Shown here: one piece after another, positions 1 to 9,849 of the stretch
How the letters are laid out: each line of letters opens with the position of its first letter
Numbering within the stretch: position 1 is the first letter of the stretch
NCBI GenBank assembly: GCA_007375735.1
Contig: VMEW01000009.1
Coordinates: forward strand, 48,569 to 112,568
Source of the DNA: Candidatus Peregrinibacteria bacterium Greene0416_19
GTDB taxonomy: Bacteria; Patescibacteriota; Gracilibacteria; Peribacterales; Peribacteraceae
Reading direction: 5' to 3'
Length of the DNA stretch: 64,000 nt
The notes under the pieces: model-generated
The model's database searches: none
What the model was told of the DNA's origin: nothing
Seen by the model: the letters and a program-made list of their open reading frames with translations, nothing else
Made by a program: the position numbers and the translations under genes

Positions 1-156
1 TCCGTGGACGAAAGATCCGATTGACAAACCCATCCATGGGTTTGGCCAATGTATATTATATAACATTTTATTTAATATGTAAAATCCCAGGCCTCGGACG
101 TGATGTGGGACCGTCAGATTTCTTCCCGAGTGATGCTGGTTGCTATATTGGATACG

Positions 157-792
157 ATGAAGCGTGCATTCCTCCTCATCGGCATTGTCATCGTCGGCGC
201 GGTTGCCTGGTACCTGGGTTCCCCTCTCTTTATCGATCGCACGGTGGACGAAGCATTGCCGGGAGGAACTATGAGCGCGGAAGATCGGGTGATGATCCGG
301 AAGATGGAACGCCTGACCGCTGCAGACGTGGCCGCGATGCCCCAGGGGGAGCGGATGGAAATGAAGGGGAAGATGGAAGCCGCCGGCGCCCGGATGCCGG
401 ATGTGATGGTGAAGGATCCCATGCCATCGGATGCGGCAACCAAGGAAAAGACAGCTGACCCGACGGTGCTTGCGGAGGGCCGCTTTCGCGATGCCGATTC
501 CTTCCACAAGGGATCCGGGCGCGCCGCGGTCTACATGCTCCCGGATGGGACGCGTGTGTTGCGGTTCGAGGACTTCGCGGTGACCAACGGTCCCGCCCTG
601 CGCGTGTACCTGGTGAAGGACACGGACGGAGATGTGGCGAGCGGGTACGTGGATCTTGGAAAGCTTAAGGGGAACAAAGGCAATCAGAACTATGTGCTCC
701 CGGCTGACTTCGAACCCAGCCAATACGGCAGCATTGTCATCTGGTGCGAGCCCTTCAGCGTCACCTTCAGCGTGGCAAAACTCGCCGCATGA
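157..792 (+). CDS. DM13 domain-containing membrane-anchored protein
   Basis: N-terminal TM helix, then GxF...HKGSG...LRFEDFAVTNGPALRVYL...LGKLKGNKGNQNY...IWCEPFSVTF typical of DM13; ATG 157 follows TG-C-TATATT. Confidence 0.88.
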   Translation: MKRAFLLIGIVIVGAVAWYLGSPLFIDRTVDEALPGGTMSAEDRVMIRKMERLTAADVAAMPQGERMEMKGKMEAAGARMPDVMVKDPMPSDAATKEKTADPTVLAEGRFRDADSFHKGSGRAAVYMLPDGTRVLRFEDFAVTNGPALRVYLVKDTDGDVASGYVDLGKLKGNKGNQNYVLPADFEPSQYGSIVIWCEPFSVTFSVAKLAA

Positions 793-818
793 GAGCGAAC
801 CACATCTCGGACAAGCGA

Positions 819-1967
819 TTAAGGTCCCCTGCTCTTCGCGATCTCCTCGGATTTCCTGGAGACATGATCGATGTCGGTCAGGAGCGTCTTCACCTCCCGC
901 TGCTCCATTCCCTGAGTCGCCTTCCACACGGCACGCACCTCCAGACGCTGGCTTTCGCCCATGTGCTTCTCCAGTCCGCTGCGCTCCTTCTGGGGGCTGG
1001 AGGCGACGCGGATCGTCTGCCCGATTTCGGAGAGGAAGAGGCGGTCGCCCGGGCTCCGTGACGCCACCTGTGCGAGCCTTTTGGGATTGCGGAGGAGCTG
1101 CCCGAGGAGCTCCAGCCCCTGCTGAGCACCGGGACCCTTGCCACTGCGCAGGAGTTCCCGTACGCGCCCGATGGTCAGCTCCTTCCCCGCCGCCGCGGGC
1201 GTGTGCCCGGCCGCCGCAGCCCGCTTGCTCTCCTGCAATCGTTCGTTCATTTCCCGTACCACCACCAGCGCCCACGCCTGGAGGGGCCCCTTCCGCTGCG
1301 CGAGTTCCTGGCAGAAGCGGAGGAGGCACCGTTGGTGAGCCGCCTGGATCGGATCCCGTGCGCTCTCCCGGGCGATGGCAGTGAAGAGTGTCAGGCAGAT
1401 CGGTTCGCCGGGGAGGCCCGCGAGTTGGGTGAGTTGTGCCGGCACTTTTTTCTGATCATTCCACCGGTTGATCTTCTTCAGCACCATCATCGCGAGCGCC
1501 TGCGCCCACGGCTCGGCATAGGCGCGTTCGATGATGGCCGCACGGAGAGCCAGTTCCGGGCCGGGAGCAGTCCGATTCTTCTGTTCCTTCTGCGCCGCGA
1601 CCGCTTGCATCGGTCCGGTGTCCTGCATCGCCGCTTCTTCTCTCAGCGTGTCTTCCGGCATCGCAGGCTTGAGCGCCGGGAACCCCACCGGACCGCCGTC
1701 GTGCTCCGCACCGGTGCACAGGACGCAGCCGCCTTCGATGCGCACCGTCAGCGTACGGACCGCGACCGGCAGCGGCAGGCCGGTGTTCGTGGGAAAAACC
1801 AGGGAGGTCAGTCGCCCCAACTGGAGCCGAATCGTCCCCTGGATGTGACCGAATCGCTTGATGATGCGCTCGCTCAACGCAGGATCGTCGATCACCAGGT
1901 TGCAGCCCGACTGCACCAGACGGATGGACTCTGTCGCGGCTTTCCCTGGAGCGCGATCCATGCGCAT
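819..1967 (-). CDS. hypothetical protein
   Basis: 382-aa ORF with TACCAT -10-like box 7 nt before ATG; no family recognised. Confidence 0.55.
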   Translation of the reverse strand: MRMDRAPGKAATESIRLVQSGCNLVIDDPALSERIIKRFGHIQGTIRLQLGRLTSLVFPTNTGLPLPVAVRTLTVRIEGGCVLCTGAEHDGGPVGFPALKPAMPEDTLREEAAMQDTGPMQAVAAQKEQKNRTAPGPELALRAAIIERAYAEPWAQALAMMVLKKINRWNDQKKVPAQLTQLAGLPGEPICLTLFTAIARESARDPIQAAHQRCLLRFCQELAQRKGPLQAWALVVVREMNERLQESKRAAAAGHTPAAAGKELTIGRVRELLRSGKGPGAQQGLELLGQLLRNPKRLAQVASRSPGDRLFLSEIGQTIRVASSPQKERSGLEKHMGESQRLEVRAVWKATQGMEQREVKTLLTDIDHVSRKSEEIAKSRGP

Positions 1968-2185
1968 AGTGAGGCATGGTACGCCTCAGCCGGTCGGGTG
2001 GGCAGGCATTCCTTTTCCAAAAGGGCATCAATCCTCCCCTCACCGTGTGCGCTACGCCCCGCAGAGCCGGATCGGGGATATGGGAAGTGGCTGCGATGGG
2101 AGCTTTCCTGTATCGCCCAGAAAAAATTGACTCTCCATTTTTTTGTGATTAAATGTTATTATCAGGTTTCATTGACCCCCCCACC

Positions 2186-3628
2186 ATGGCACTGAGAACG
2201 CCGGAGCCGATTCAGAGAATCTTTCGGGATCACCCGTACACACCGCTGGAGCAAATCCCCGAGGAGTCTCTCGCGGCCGCGGGAGTGGTGCGGCTCTACG
2301 ATGAGGCCCGTGGCCAGTACCGGATGGTCCTGCAGCAAGATTTTCAGGGGAGGGAACGGCAGTGCTGGTCGCTGCTGGCCCGGTACAGCGGGTACATCTT
2401 CGCGCACGATCTCGACCGGATGTGGCGACACATCTACCGTCAGGAAATGGTAGAGGACGATGTCCTCGCGCGCGTCGCGGGGCGGGCGCAGAAATTCATC
2501 GAGAGAGGCATCCCCCCCATCTTCGACCCCGCCTTCTACGGGCGATCGTCCTTCACACACATGCAGCCCGGCACGGAGGAGCGGATCCTGGTGCAGAAGA
2601 AAGAGAACCTGTTCCCGCTCACCGACTTCGTGATCCAGTTCGCCACGGGGGCTTACGAGAGGCGCCGCATTGCGATGGCCGTGCAGCTGCGGGACGCGAC
2701 ACACCAGAACCGGCCCGCGCTCTCCATCCTCCCCGCGACACTCACGGACGTAGAGGACTTCCGGCGCGTGGCGTTCACGGAGGACCGGAAAGTCAGCACG
2801 CTGCTTGTGCGGGAGACGATCGCCTACATGCACCAGTATTTCCGCCCCGACCGGGAAACCACGGAACAGAGGGAATGGAACCGCAGCACCCAGACGAACC
2901 AGGTCCAGTGCGTCATGCTCTTCCTGGAAGACGCTCTCCGCGACCTGCCGCGCGATCCTCCGCAGCACGAGGCGTGGAACGGCGACGTGAGCGTCGTCGA
3001 CGGGCGCCGCTGGTACCTTCGGTTCGCGCCATCGGAGCGCTCGGCGATCGCGGGCGCGTACTTCCGCTCACTCGCCCGGCGGCCGACCGGCAAGGATAAG
3101 GATCGGGGAACCTTCCTCCGCATGCGCGCGCTGTTCCCCGAGCTCGCGGAGCAGTGGGAGACGGCACAAGAGAAAGAGAAGCGGCTGTCCCTCCTGGAGA
3201 ACTGCCGCAGGGCGCTCTCATCGGGCGATTTCTCCGCTCTGCCTGCGACCGCGTTCGCCGAGCAGCCGTACCGGGATGTGGTTCTCCCCCGCGCGCAGGA
3301 TCTGTTCCGGTCCGCATGCCAGCGCCTGGCGACGCAGAACCCAGATGCGCTCTTCAGCAACGTGAATTTTCTGAAAGAGCATCTTCCGGTCCCCTACTTC
3401 GTGGCGACTATCCCGGGGTTCCGCCGGATCCTGGACGAGGAGCGGCTGGCCGCCCTCCACGCGCTGGACGACGACCTTTTCCGGCAGCTCTTTCCGCAGG
3501 CAAGCGGGCGGTACGCGGCGATCGCGCATTCCAAGAGCCGCGACCTCGGGCCGGCGGCGGAGACGTTTCGCGACTCACTCGAGCAACGCTTCCGGGCCGT
3601 GTACGGCGTCGATTTAGATGCCTCCTGA
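2186..3628 (+). CDS. hypothetical protein
   Basis: Long ORF with genome-like codon usage, downstream of an AT-rich promoter-like region (TTGACT ~2127). Confidence 0.65.
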   Translation: MALRTPEPIQRIFRDHPYTPLEQIPEESLAAAGVVRLYDEARGQYRMVLQQDFQGRERQCWSLLARYSGYIFAHDLDRMWRHIYRQEMVEDDVLARVAGRAQKFIERGIPPIFDPAFYGRSSFTHMQPGTEERILVQKKENLFPLTDFVIQFATGAYERRRIAMAVQLRDATHQNRPALSILPATLTDVEDFRRVAFTEDRKVSTLLVRETIAYMHQYFRPDRETTEQREWNRSTQTNQVQCVMLFLEDALRDLPRDPPQHEAWNGDVSVVDGRRWYLRFAPSERSAIAGAYFRSLARRPTGKDKDRGTFLRMRALFPELAEQWETAQEKEKRLSLLENCRRALSSGDFSALPATAFAEQPYRDVVLPRAQDLFRSACQRLATQNPDALFSNVNFLKEHLPVPYFVATIPGFRRILDEERLAALHALDDDLFRQLFPQASGRYAAIAHSKSRDLGPAAETFRDSLEQRFRAVYGVDLDAS

Positions 3629-3637
3629 CAGAGCACT

Positions 3638-4828
3638 CTAAGCATGCTCGACCCGAAGGTCGGATCCGGCCTTGCCGTGGCGAAACGCTTGCCGGTAGAA
3701 GAAGATACCGAGCAAGAGGACGAACTCGCTGATGATGAGTGTCTGCACAATCCCCACCCGGTCGGCGAGCACCCCGAGGAGGATCGCGCAGGCCCCGAAC
3801 ACGAGGCTGCCCCCGAGCTGGTTGAGCGACCCCATCGTCGCGCGCTGACGGTCGGTGAACTCGCGCTGGAGGAGCGTGCCCTCGGCCGTCTTCTTGATCC
3901 CGAAGAAACCCGAGAGCACGGAGAGGATCAGTGGTGATGCGACGGTCGGAACGGCGTAGATGACGATCGCGACCGACTCGCAGAACGCGCGGCCGGCGAT
4001 GAGCGTCCTGAGCGGCTCGAAGCGCTTGAGCACCCGTCCCGCGAACCAGAAACTGAGGCACGCGAAGATGTGCGAGAGCGTGCGTGCGATACCCACCGCC
4101 CACGCGGGCCAGAGCGACCCCAGGAAGACGGGGAGGAAGTCCCACTGCGCCTGGCCGAGGCCCCAGTCGAGCATCGAGGCCATGCTGAGGTTCCGCAGTC
4201 GCGCGTTCTTGCGGAAGTGCCGGAGCGCCTCGCCGACGTGCGCGAAGACGTTCGTCGATTCCCCGCTGGCATGCACCCGCGGCTCCGTCATGAAGAACGT
4301 GAGGATGGTGCCGAGGACCGGCGGGACGATACCGGCGAGCATGGTGGCACGAAGCGAGTGGAGCGCGAGCAGTCCGCCGAACAGCGCCGACACGCCGAGC
4401 CCCACCTGGAAGAGCGCACTCGTGCGGCCGAGGAAGTGCGCGTACTCGTCCCCCCTCCCCTCCTCCGCGAGCGTGTCGTGGAGGAAGGCGACGTTGTTGC
4501 CGCTCGCGAAGGCGGCGCCCAGGCCCATGACAACCGACCCCGCCGCGAGCGATGCAGTGGAGGTGCCCATCGACCAGAGCATCATGCCGAGCGCCGTGCT
4601 GATCGCCCCGAGCGCCATCGTCCGCACCCGCCCGACCATGTCGGAGAGGATGCCCGTGGGCACCTCGAAGGCCGACCACGCGACCATGGAGAGCGCGATC
4701 ACCCCTCCCCCCGCCGCATACGACCCCGTCACCTGCGCCAGGTAGAGGACGATGAAGGGTGCATACGGCCGGAAGTCCTCGAAGAAGTTGAAGGCGGAGA
4801 GGAGCCGGACGTTGCGGGAAACTGGCAC
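3638..4828 (-). CDS. MFS transporter
   Basis: ~12 hydrophobic segments, EVPTGILSDMVGR MFS motif A; GTG start 7 nt after TATACT. Confidence 0.9.
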   Translation of the reverse strand: MPVSRNVRLLSAFNFFEDFRPYAPFIVLYLAQVTGSYAAGGGVIALSMVAWSAFEVPTGILSDMVGRVRTMALGAISTALGMMLWSMGTSTASLAAGSVVMGLGAAFASGNNVAFLHDTLAEEGRGDEYAHFLGRTSALFQVGLGVSALFGGLLALHSLRATMLAGIVPPVLGTILTFFMTEPRVHASGESTNVFAHVGEALRHFRKNARLRNLSMASMLDWGLGQAQWDFLPVFLGSLWPAWAVGIARTLSHIFACLSFWFAGRVLKRFEPLRTLIAGRAFCESVAIVIYAVPTVASPLILSVLSGFFGIKKTAEGTLLQREFTDRQRATMGSLNQLGGSLVFGACAILLGVLADRVGIVQTLIISEFVLLLGIFFYRQAFRHGKAGSDLRVEHA

Positions 4829-4951
4829 GGGAGGGAGTATAGAACGAACGCAGAAGTGACATGCCTGTCTTTTCGACGCAGGCCCGGGAGCGGAGGACAG
4901 GCCCATCGATTGTAGTCCCTAGTTGCTGGCGGCAAGGGAAAGGGCATCGTG

Positions 4952-5092
4952 ATGGAAGCGGGCCTCTTCAATGACATCGCCCTGCAGGTGCTCCATCGTG
5001 ACGATATCCAGAACGACATGCGCCATCAGGAGATCTTCTACGAAACCGTCCGGCGGAAGATGGACGAAGGGTTCCGCGGCCGGCACCTCTGA
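4952..5092 (+). CDS. possible 46-aa small protein (MEAGLFNDIALQVLHRDDIQNDMRHQEIFYETVRRKMDEGFRGRHL)
   Basis: Intergenic ORF with purine-rich upstream sequence; not in ORF track. Confidence 0.35.
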   Translation: MEAGLFNDIALQVLHRDDIQNDMRHQEIFYETVRRKMDEGFRGRHL

Positions 5093-5228
5093 CCGCCTGC
5101 GCGGCTGCGCGTACAGCATATTTGACAATAGGAACTGGGAGGCCTTCAATGATCCGGCTCTTTGGCATCGTCCGGCTGCGTGAGCCGGATCTCGGTGTAC
5201 CCTTTACTCTTGTAAGGAGAACCCAGCC

Positions 5229-5798
5229 GTGAAGAAAGTCTTCACAACGGGCCAGGTTGCAAAGATTTGCAAGGTGGCTCCCTGCACGGTGTCGAAATGG
5301 TTCGATGCCGGGCGGCTCCGCGGATACTGCATCCCAGGATCGCAAACACGACGGATCCCGCGGGAGTACCTCGTCGCCTTCATGAAGGAACACGGGTTGC
5401 CCCTCGGCGATCTGGAGGACGGTTTCAAAATTCTCGTGGTGGGAGCGGACAAGGCTCTCCTCAATCGGCTCGACGAGCTGCTGCCTGCGACGGAGAAGTT
5501 TGAGATCGAGATCGCCGCGAACAGCTTCGAGGCGGGGATGATGGCCGAGGGCTCCCAGTCTCTCGTCATCATCATCGACCTGGCTATGGGCAGGAGCGAG
5601 GCGGTAACGATCGCCAAGCACCTGCGCCGGAACCCCATGTTCGAGCAGGCGCTCATCCTGGCGCTTGCGATCGAGGACGACGCGGAGCCCGATGCGCTCC
5701 GCACGTGCGGCTTCGATGAAGTCTTCAAGAAGCCATTCGACGCGGTCCTCCTGACCCAGCGAGTCCGCCGGCAGAAAGAGGCATGGGAGGCCGAGTGA
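5229..5798 (+). CDS. excisionase-type HTH + receiver-domain response regulator (Planctomycete-like)
   Basis: MKKVFTTGQVAKICKVAP.TVSKWFD.GRLRGY.IPGSQ.RRIPRE N-terminus; C-terminal REC-like region (IIIDL...GFDEVFKKPFD); AAGGAG SD upstream. Confidence 0.85.
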   Translation: MKKVFTTGQVAKICKVAPCTVSKWFDAGRLRGYCIPGSQTRRIPREYLVAFMKEHGLPLGDLEDGFKILVVGADKALLNRLDELLPATEKFEIEIAANSFEAGMMAEGSQSLVIIIDLAMGRSEAVTIAKHLRRNPMFEQALILALAIEDDAEPDALRTCGFDEVFKKPFDAVLLTQRVRRQKEAWEAE

Positions 5799-5886
5799 AA
5801 GAAAGCAGAGACGCGCATCTCCGGATGCGCACGCGCACCCGATCCCCCAAAGGGATCGGGTGCTTCGAAATGTGTACACTCCTGTC

Positions 5887-6234
5887 ATGCCCTACAACGC
5901 CATTCTCGCCGACCAGCTTCGTCCGTTCCTGCTCCCGCGGAAGGGAGTGACCGAAAAGAGCATGTTCGGCGGCATCGCGTTCCTCATCAACGGCAACATG
6001 TGTGTCGGCGTGTGGAAGGAATTCCTCATACTCCGGATGGACGTCGTTGATACGCCAACACTCCTCAAGAAACCCGGCATCCGCCCCATGGACATCACCG
6101 GCAAACCGATGAGGGGGTGGCTGATGGTGGAGCCAAAGGGGTACGGAAACGACGAGGAGCTGTTCCCGCTCGTGGAGCAGGCGTTCGGGTACGCGGCGGG
6201 GTTGCCCGCGAAATCCGGTTCAGGGTCAAAGTAG
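5887..6234 (+). CDS. TfoX N-terminal domain protein
   Basis: EKSMFGGIAFLINGNMCVGV...RPMDITGKPMRGWLMV motif. Confidence 0.88.
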   Translation: MPYNAILADQLRPFLLPRKGVTEKSMFGGIAFLINGNMCVGVWKEFLILRMDVVDTPTLLKKPGIRPMDITGKPMRGWLMVEPKGYGNDEELFPLVEQAFGYAAGLPAKSGSGSK

Positions 6235-6458
6235 AGACCGGGGGCAACGCGACAGCAGCTGCGTCCGCTGCAGGAGTGCCGCAACACGAGCCGCAGGAAA
6301 TATTTGCGGCTGTTTTGCGGGAGACACCATGCGCATTTGCGTTATACTTCACCCAGCTCTTTCACGCCATGCGGCCCCATCGCCTGCGATCCGTAGCTCC
6401 TCAGAGCGAAGGAGTTCGAAGGGAGAACGGGGCACCAGTCGTTGATCTTTTCTTCCAC

Positions 6459-6533
6459 GGCCCCATCGTCTAACGGTGAGGACACAGGATTTTCATTCCT
6501 GTAATCGGGGTTCGATTCCCCGTGGGGCTGCCA
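6459..6533 (+). tRNA. tRNA-Glu (TTC)
   Basis: GGCCCCA...TGGGGCT-G-CCA acceptor; anticodon arm CAGGA-TTTTCAT-TCCTG; T-loop GGTTCGATTCC. Confidence 0.97.
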
Positions 6534-8079
6534 AACAATCTTTGATGGCATCCAATTCCTCAATTGCCGCGTATACAAGCGAAATTTTGAGGGCTTGCTT
6601 ACCCAAAAGACCTTCGTACGTCACGCCCTCCGGGAAGATGAGGCTCTGTAGGCGATATTGGTTCTCCACAGAGGAAATCTCCCAAAGTTTGTGAGAGTTT
6701 GCGAGAAAGGAACAGCAATGTGCGACGACCGTTTCCGCGCTCACCTCTTCGGTCTCCTTGGTGTTCCGTTCCATCATGGCCAGCGTGTAGTCGTTGCTGA
6801 CCTTCTCAAAATCCTTCCGCAACCCGTCCATCAAATCGAGGTTCGCGTGGTTCTGCTTCATCAGTTCGATCAGGGCTTGCTTCTGCTCCTTCAAGTTCTG
6901 AATCTTCCGCTGCAACTCCGCGTTCTCGCGGGTGAGCATCTTGTACTTCTCGTCCCACCTCTCCAAGACCGCCTCCCTGAACAGCGCCAAGAGCTCCTTG
7001 GAGGGCGTGACGGTCTTCAGGTAATCCACGAAAGCCCTCTGGCCTTCTTCGGCGGTGATGCGGAAGCGCCCACACGCCTTGTTCGGGCAGCCGTAATAGT
7101 AGTAGTACCTCCCGTGGCGGTTGTAGGACGGGTAGCCCGTCGAGGGGGAGCCGCAATGCGAGCAGCGGAGGAAGCGGCGCAAGGGGAACTGGGGATTGAG
7201 CTTCTTGCGGGGAAAATTTACCAGCCTCTTTCCTTGTCCGCTCAGCGCCTTCTGCAAGCGGTTCCACTCCTCGGGCGTGAGTGCGCCCTTGAACTTCGCC
7301 TGTATGAGCTTTCCGTCCGTCCACTTCGAGCAGAGCATCCCGCCGTAGAGGGGACTGCGGCAGATCTTCGTCCACGTCTGTCTGGTGATGAGATTGCGCT
7401 TCACCTCGCCGCTCTTGGCGCGGTACTTGCGGGAGCAGAATCCCTTGGCCCGCAATTCGGCGGTTACTTGCGTAATGGTGTGCGTTCCTGCCATCTGCTT
7501 CCGTAGACCGTAACATAAGAGTTCCCACTGCTGAGTATCTTCAGTGGGGAGAAGGATTGGCTTCTCTCGCTCGTCCCTTGCGTTACGGAATCCTGTTGGA
7601 GCAGAACGACACCAGTAGCCCTCTTGCGTCAGCATTTTCTCAACACCGATTGTTCGCTGGGTTTTTACGCGGTTTTCAAACTGCGCAAATATGGCGTGTA
7701 TCCCTTCCATCATTTCACCTTCTGCGGTTCCGCTGTTGAAAGACTGTGTAGAAAACTCCATTCGCACACCAATCTTCTTCAAGTTTTCCTTGATTACCGC
7801 ATATGTCGCAAGTCCTCCGCGACTTGCCCTATCCACTTTGTGTAAAACCCAAACACCAACCTTCCCTTCGTTCTTTACCGTGTAATCAATAACCTTCTCA
7901 AATTCCAGCCTGTCATGTTTTGATGCGGATTCGGCGATCTCAAATTCTTTCAGGAGCTTATATCCTTTCTGAGCCATGTATTCCGCGTTGTCCCTGCGCT
8001 GCTTCTCCAAGCTGTCACCAATCTTTTGTTGTTTGATCGTCGAGACGCGGAGAATGGAAATGGCATACTCGGAGCGCAT
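6493..8079 (-). CDS. large serine recombinase (resolvase + recombinase + Zn-ribbon + coiled coil)
   Basis: ILRVST catalytic motif, ESAS, KVDRASR, LRCSHCG...YYYYGC Zn ribbon; 3' end runs antisense through the tRNA; start could be 8145. Confidence 0.93.
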   Translation of the reverse strand: MRSEYAISILRVSTIKQQKIGDSLEKQRRDNAEYMAQKGYKLLKEFEIAESASKHDRLEFEKVIDYTVKNEGKVGVWVLHKVDRASRGGLATYAVIKENLKKIGVRMEFSTQSFNSGTAEGEMMEGIHAIFAQFENRVKTQRTIGVEKMLTQEGYWCRSAPTGFRNARDEREKPILLPTEDTQQWELLCYGLRKQMAGTHTITQVTAELRAKGFCSRKYRAKSGEVKRNLITRQTWTKICRSPLYGGMLCSKWTDGKLIQAKFKGALTPEEWNRLQKALSGQGKRLVNFPRKKLNPQFPLRRFLRCSHCGSPSTGYPSYNRHGRYYYYYGCPNKACGRFRITAEEGQRAFVDYLKTVTPSKELLALFREAVLERWDEKYKMLTRENAELQRKIQNLKEQKQALIELMKQNHANLDLMDGLRKDFEKVSNDYTLAMMERNTKETEEVSAETVVAHCCSFLANSHKLWEISSVENQYRLQSLIFPEGVTYEGLLGKQALKISLVYAAIEELDAIKDCLAAPRGIEPRLQE

Positions 8080-8141
8080 CGGCTTCAACTCTCTTCCATT
8101 ATAGCTATAAGAGCAAGGAACTGAGTTACTGTCAACTTCGA

Positions 8142-8324
8142 TCATCGGTCCGAGGGGGAATCAGTGGATGGGAGAGGACGATTGGGAAGGAGTTCTTTGA
8201 GCGTTTGTTCGAGCGTCACGTCCGCGAGGGCGTATACGCGGTCGCATAGCTCCTCCACCTCTTTGTCCGTGAGGTCGTTCGCCTTCTTGCCGAGGATTTT
8301 GCGACAGCGCTCGATGCTTAGCAT
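8142..8324 (-). CDS. small protein upstream of recombinase (possible directionality factor)
   Basis: 60-aa MLSIERCRKILG...LTDKEVEELCDRVYALA, overlapping the ATPase stop; function is inference. Confidence 0.65.
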   Translation of the reverse strand: MLSIERCRKILGKKANDLTDKEVEELCDRVYALADVTLEQTLKELLPNRPLPSTDSPSDR

Positions 8325-9685
8325 GGTGAGGGGTCGCCACTCACGGCGTCGGAATTGCTTAAAGGGGGTTTAAGGAAATCAGACCCCGTGTCTCCTTCGA
8401 GGTACCGCTTGCATTCCTCCCCAAGGAACCATCGCAGGTCTTCCTTCAGTCGTATGTGGTTGGACGTGTCGAGCGTATCGCCTTCCGCTTCCTCGCAAAT
8501 GCCGAGGATCACGAAAGTTCGCATCTCCTTATGGGCCGTTCCGGGGACGCAATTCAGTAATGCCGTCACGTCGCTCGTCTTGAGTTCCCCGCCCTTGCGG
8601 ATCAGCTCATGGAAGAGCGGCGCTCGGTGTCCGGGTGCGGAATCGAACGCCAGCAACATGACAATGCGCATGTCCTGCGGTGCAAGCTGCGTGCGCCCTG
8701 TCGCAAGCGCGTGCCCGCGAGCGATGTTGTAGAGGCACTGGTTGATACGGTTCTCGTGCTCCACGCTTGGCACGGTGTGGCTGAACTCTTTTTCGTCACC
8801 CTCCCATTTCTCCTTATAGACGATTACCTGCCCGCGCAGGCGGGCCAGAAGCACGGAGCATCGAGAAACGACTTTCAGGAGCGAATCGTCCTCGGTTTGC
8901 TTGTTCCATTCCACGCCCTGTGGATATTGATGCCAGAGGGTATGCAGGAACTCCCGCGTGACCTTGCGACATTCAAGTTCCTTGCTCTTGTAGGATGTGT
9001 CCTTGAGCTGATGGGCGAGTTCCTCTGCCGTTTTCCGCCTCAAGTGGAGACCGAGGAAGAAGATGCGCTGCCCGAGAGTACCCATCGCCTTCCAGACCCG
9101 TGGAGAGATGGGCGTCGAAGCCGCGAGCATCATGAAGACGTAGTCCCCGCGCAATGTCCTTCTGCCGTGGATACCGGTGTCTGTTGACAACCCCTCGCCG
9201 TCGAGGACGCGGGTGAGGATGCCGAGATTCTTCATCAGGTCGTCATCGCGTGCGGAGAAGATCGTCGCCATATCCCGCACAAGGAACATGTGGCGTCGGA
9301 TGCGAGTGAGTAGATCGAGCTTCGGCAGATTTTCCTTCTTTACATTCGCGGCATTCGAGACGAACGACGCGGGAGTGAAGGTGTCTGACGAGTAGGTGAT
9401 TTTCTCGATTTCGTCGAAGATGTTGATAGCAATGGTCTTGCCCGCTGCAGGTGAGTCCACCAGCACTAGCGCGAAGCAGTTCGTGACGTCGCGGATGAGC
9501 AATTGCGTGACGACGGACATACTTACTTCCACTGCCGTGGCAAGTTCCGGGAAATTCTGCTTGATGGTCGCGTGCCACTCCTCAAAGGTCGTGGCTTTCG
9601 AGGGTTCCGGCACTTTGGCCACGCTGAAGGTAGGTTCTGCCGATGGAAGAAATTTTTGCTGATCTTGCGATTGTTTCGGACTCAT
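8318..9685 (-). CDS. P-loop ATPase, MCM/AAA+-like helicase of the element
   Basis: Walker A-like DSPAAGKT, FLVRD, ILTRVLDGEG, LAAST, C-terminal wHTH-like region. Confidence 0.7.
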   Translation of the reverse strand: MSPKQSQDQQKFLPSAEPTFSVAKVPEPSKATTFEEWHATIKQNFPELATAVEVSMSVVTQLLIRDVTNCFALVLVDSPAAGKTIAINIFDEIEKITYSSDTFTPASFVSNAANVKKENLPKLDLLTRIRRHMFLVRDMATIFSARDDDLMKNLGILTRVLDGEGLSTDTGIHGRRTLRGDYVFMMLAASTPISPRVWKAMGTLGQRIFFLGLHLRRKTAEELAHQLKDTSYKSKELECRKVTREFLHTLWHQYPQGVEWNKQTEDDSLLKVVSRCSVLLARLRGQVIVYKEKWEGDEKEFSHTVPSVEHENRINQCLYNIARGHALATGRTQLAPQDMRIVMLLAFDSAPGHRAPLFHELIRKGGELKTSDVTALLNCVPGTAHKEMRTFVILGICEEAEGDTLDTSNHIRLKEDLRWFLGEECKRYLEGDTGSDFLKPPLSNSDAVSGDPSPC

Positions 9686-9849
9686 TCTTATAAATTGGAA
9701 AAAATATAAAAAGACGCCGCCCCCGGAGGGCGGATAGCAGCAGTCTTTGCCCTTACGGGATTGCAGTCAAAAAAGTGAGGGTTCCCGTACCCTATTTTTC
9801 TGATTTGGCTTCTGCAGATTCTATTGATAAGTACTACAGCTGAGAAAAC

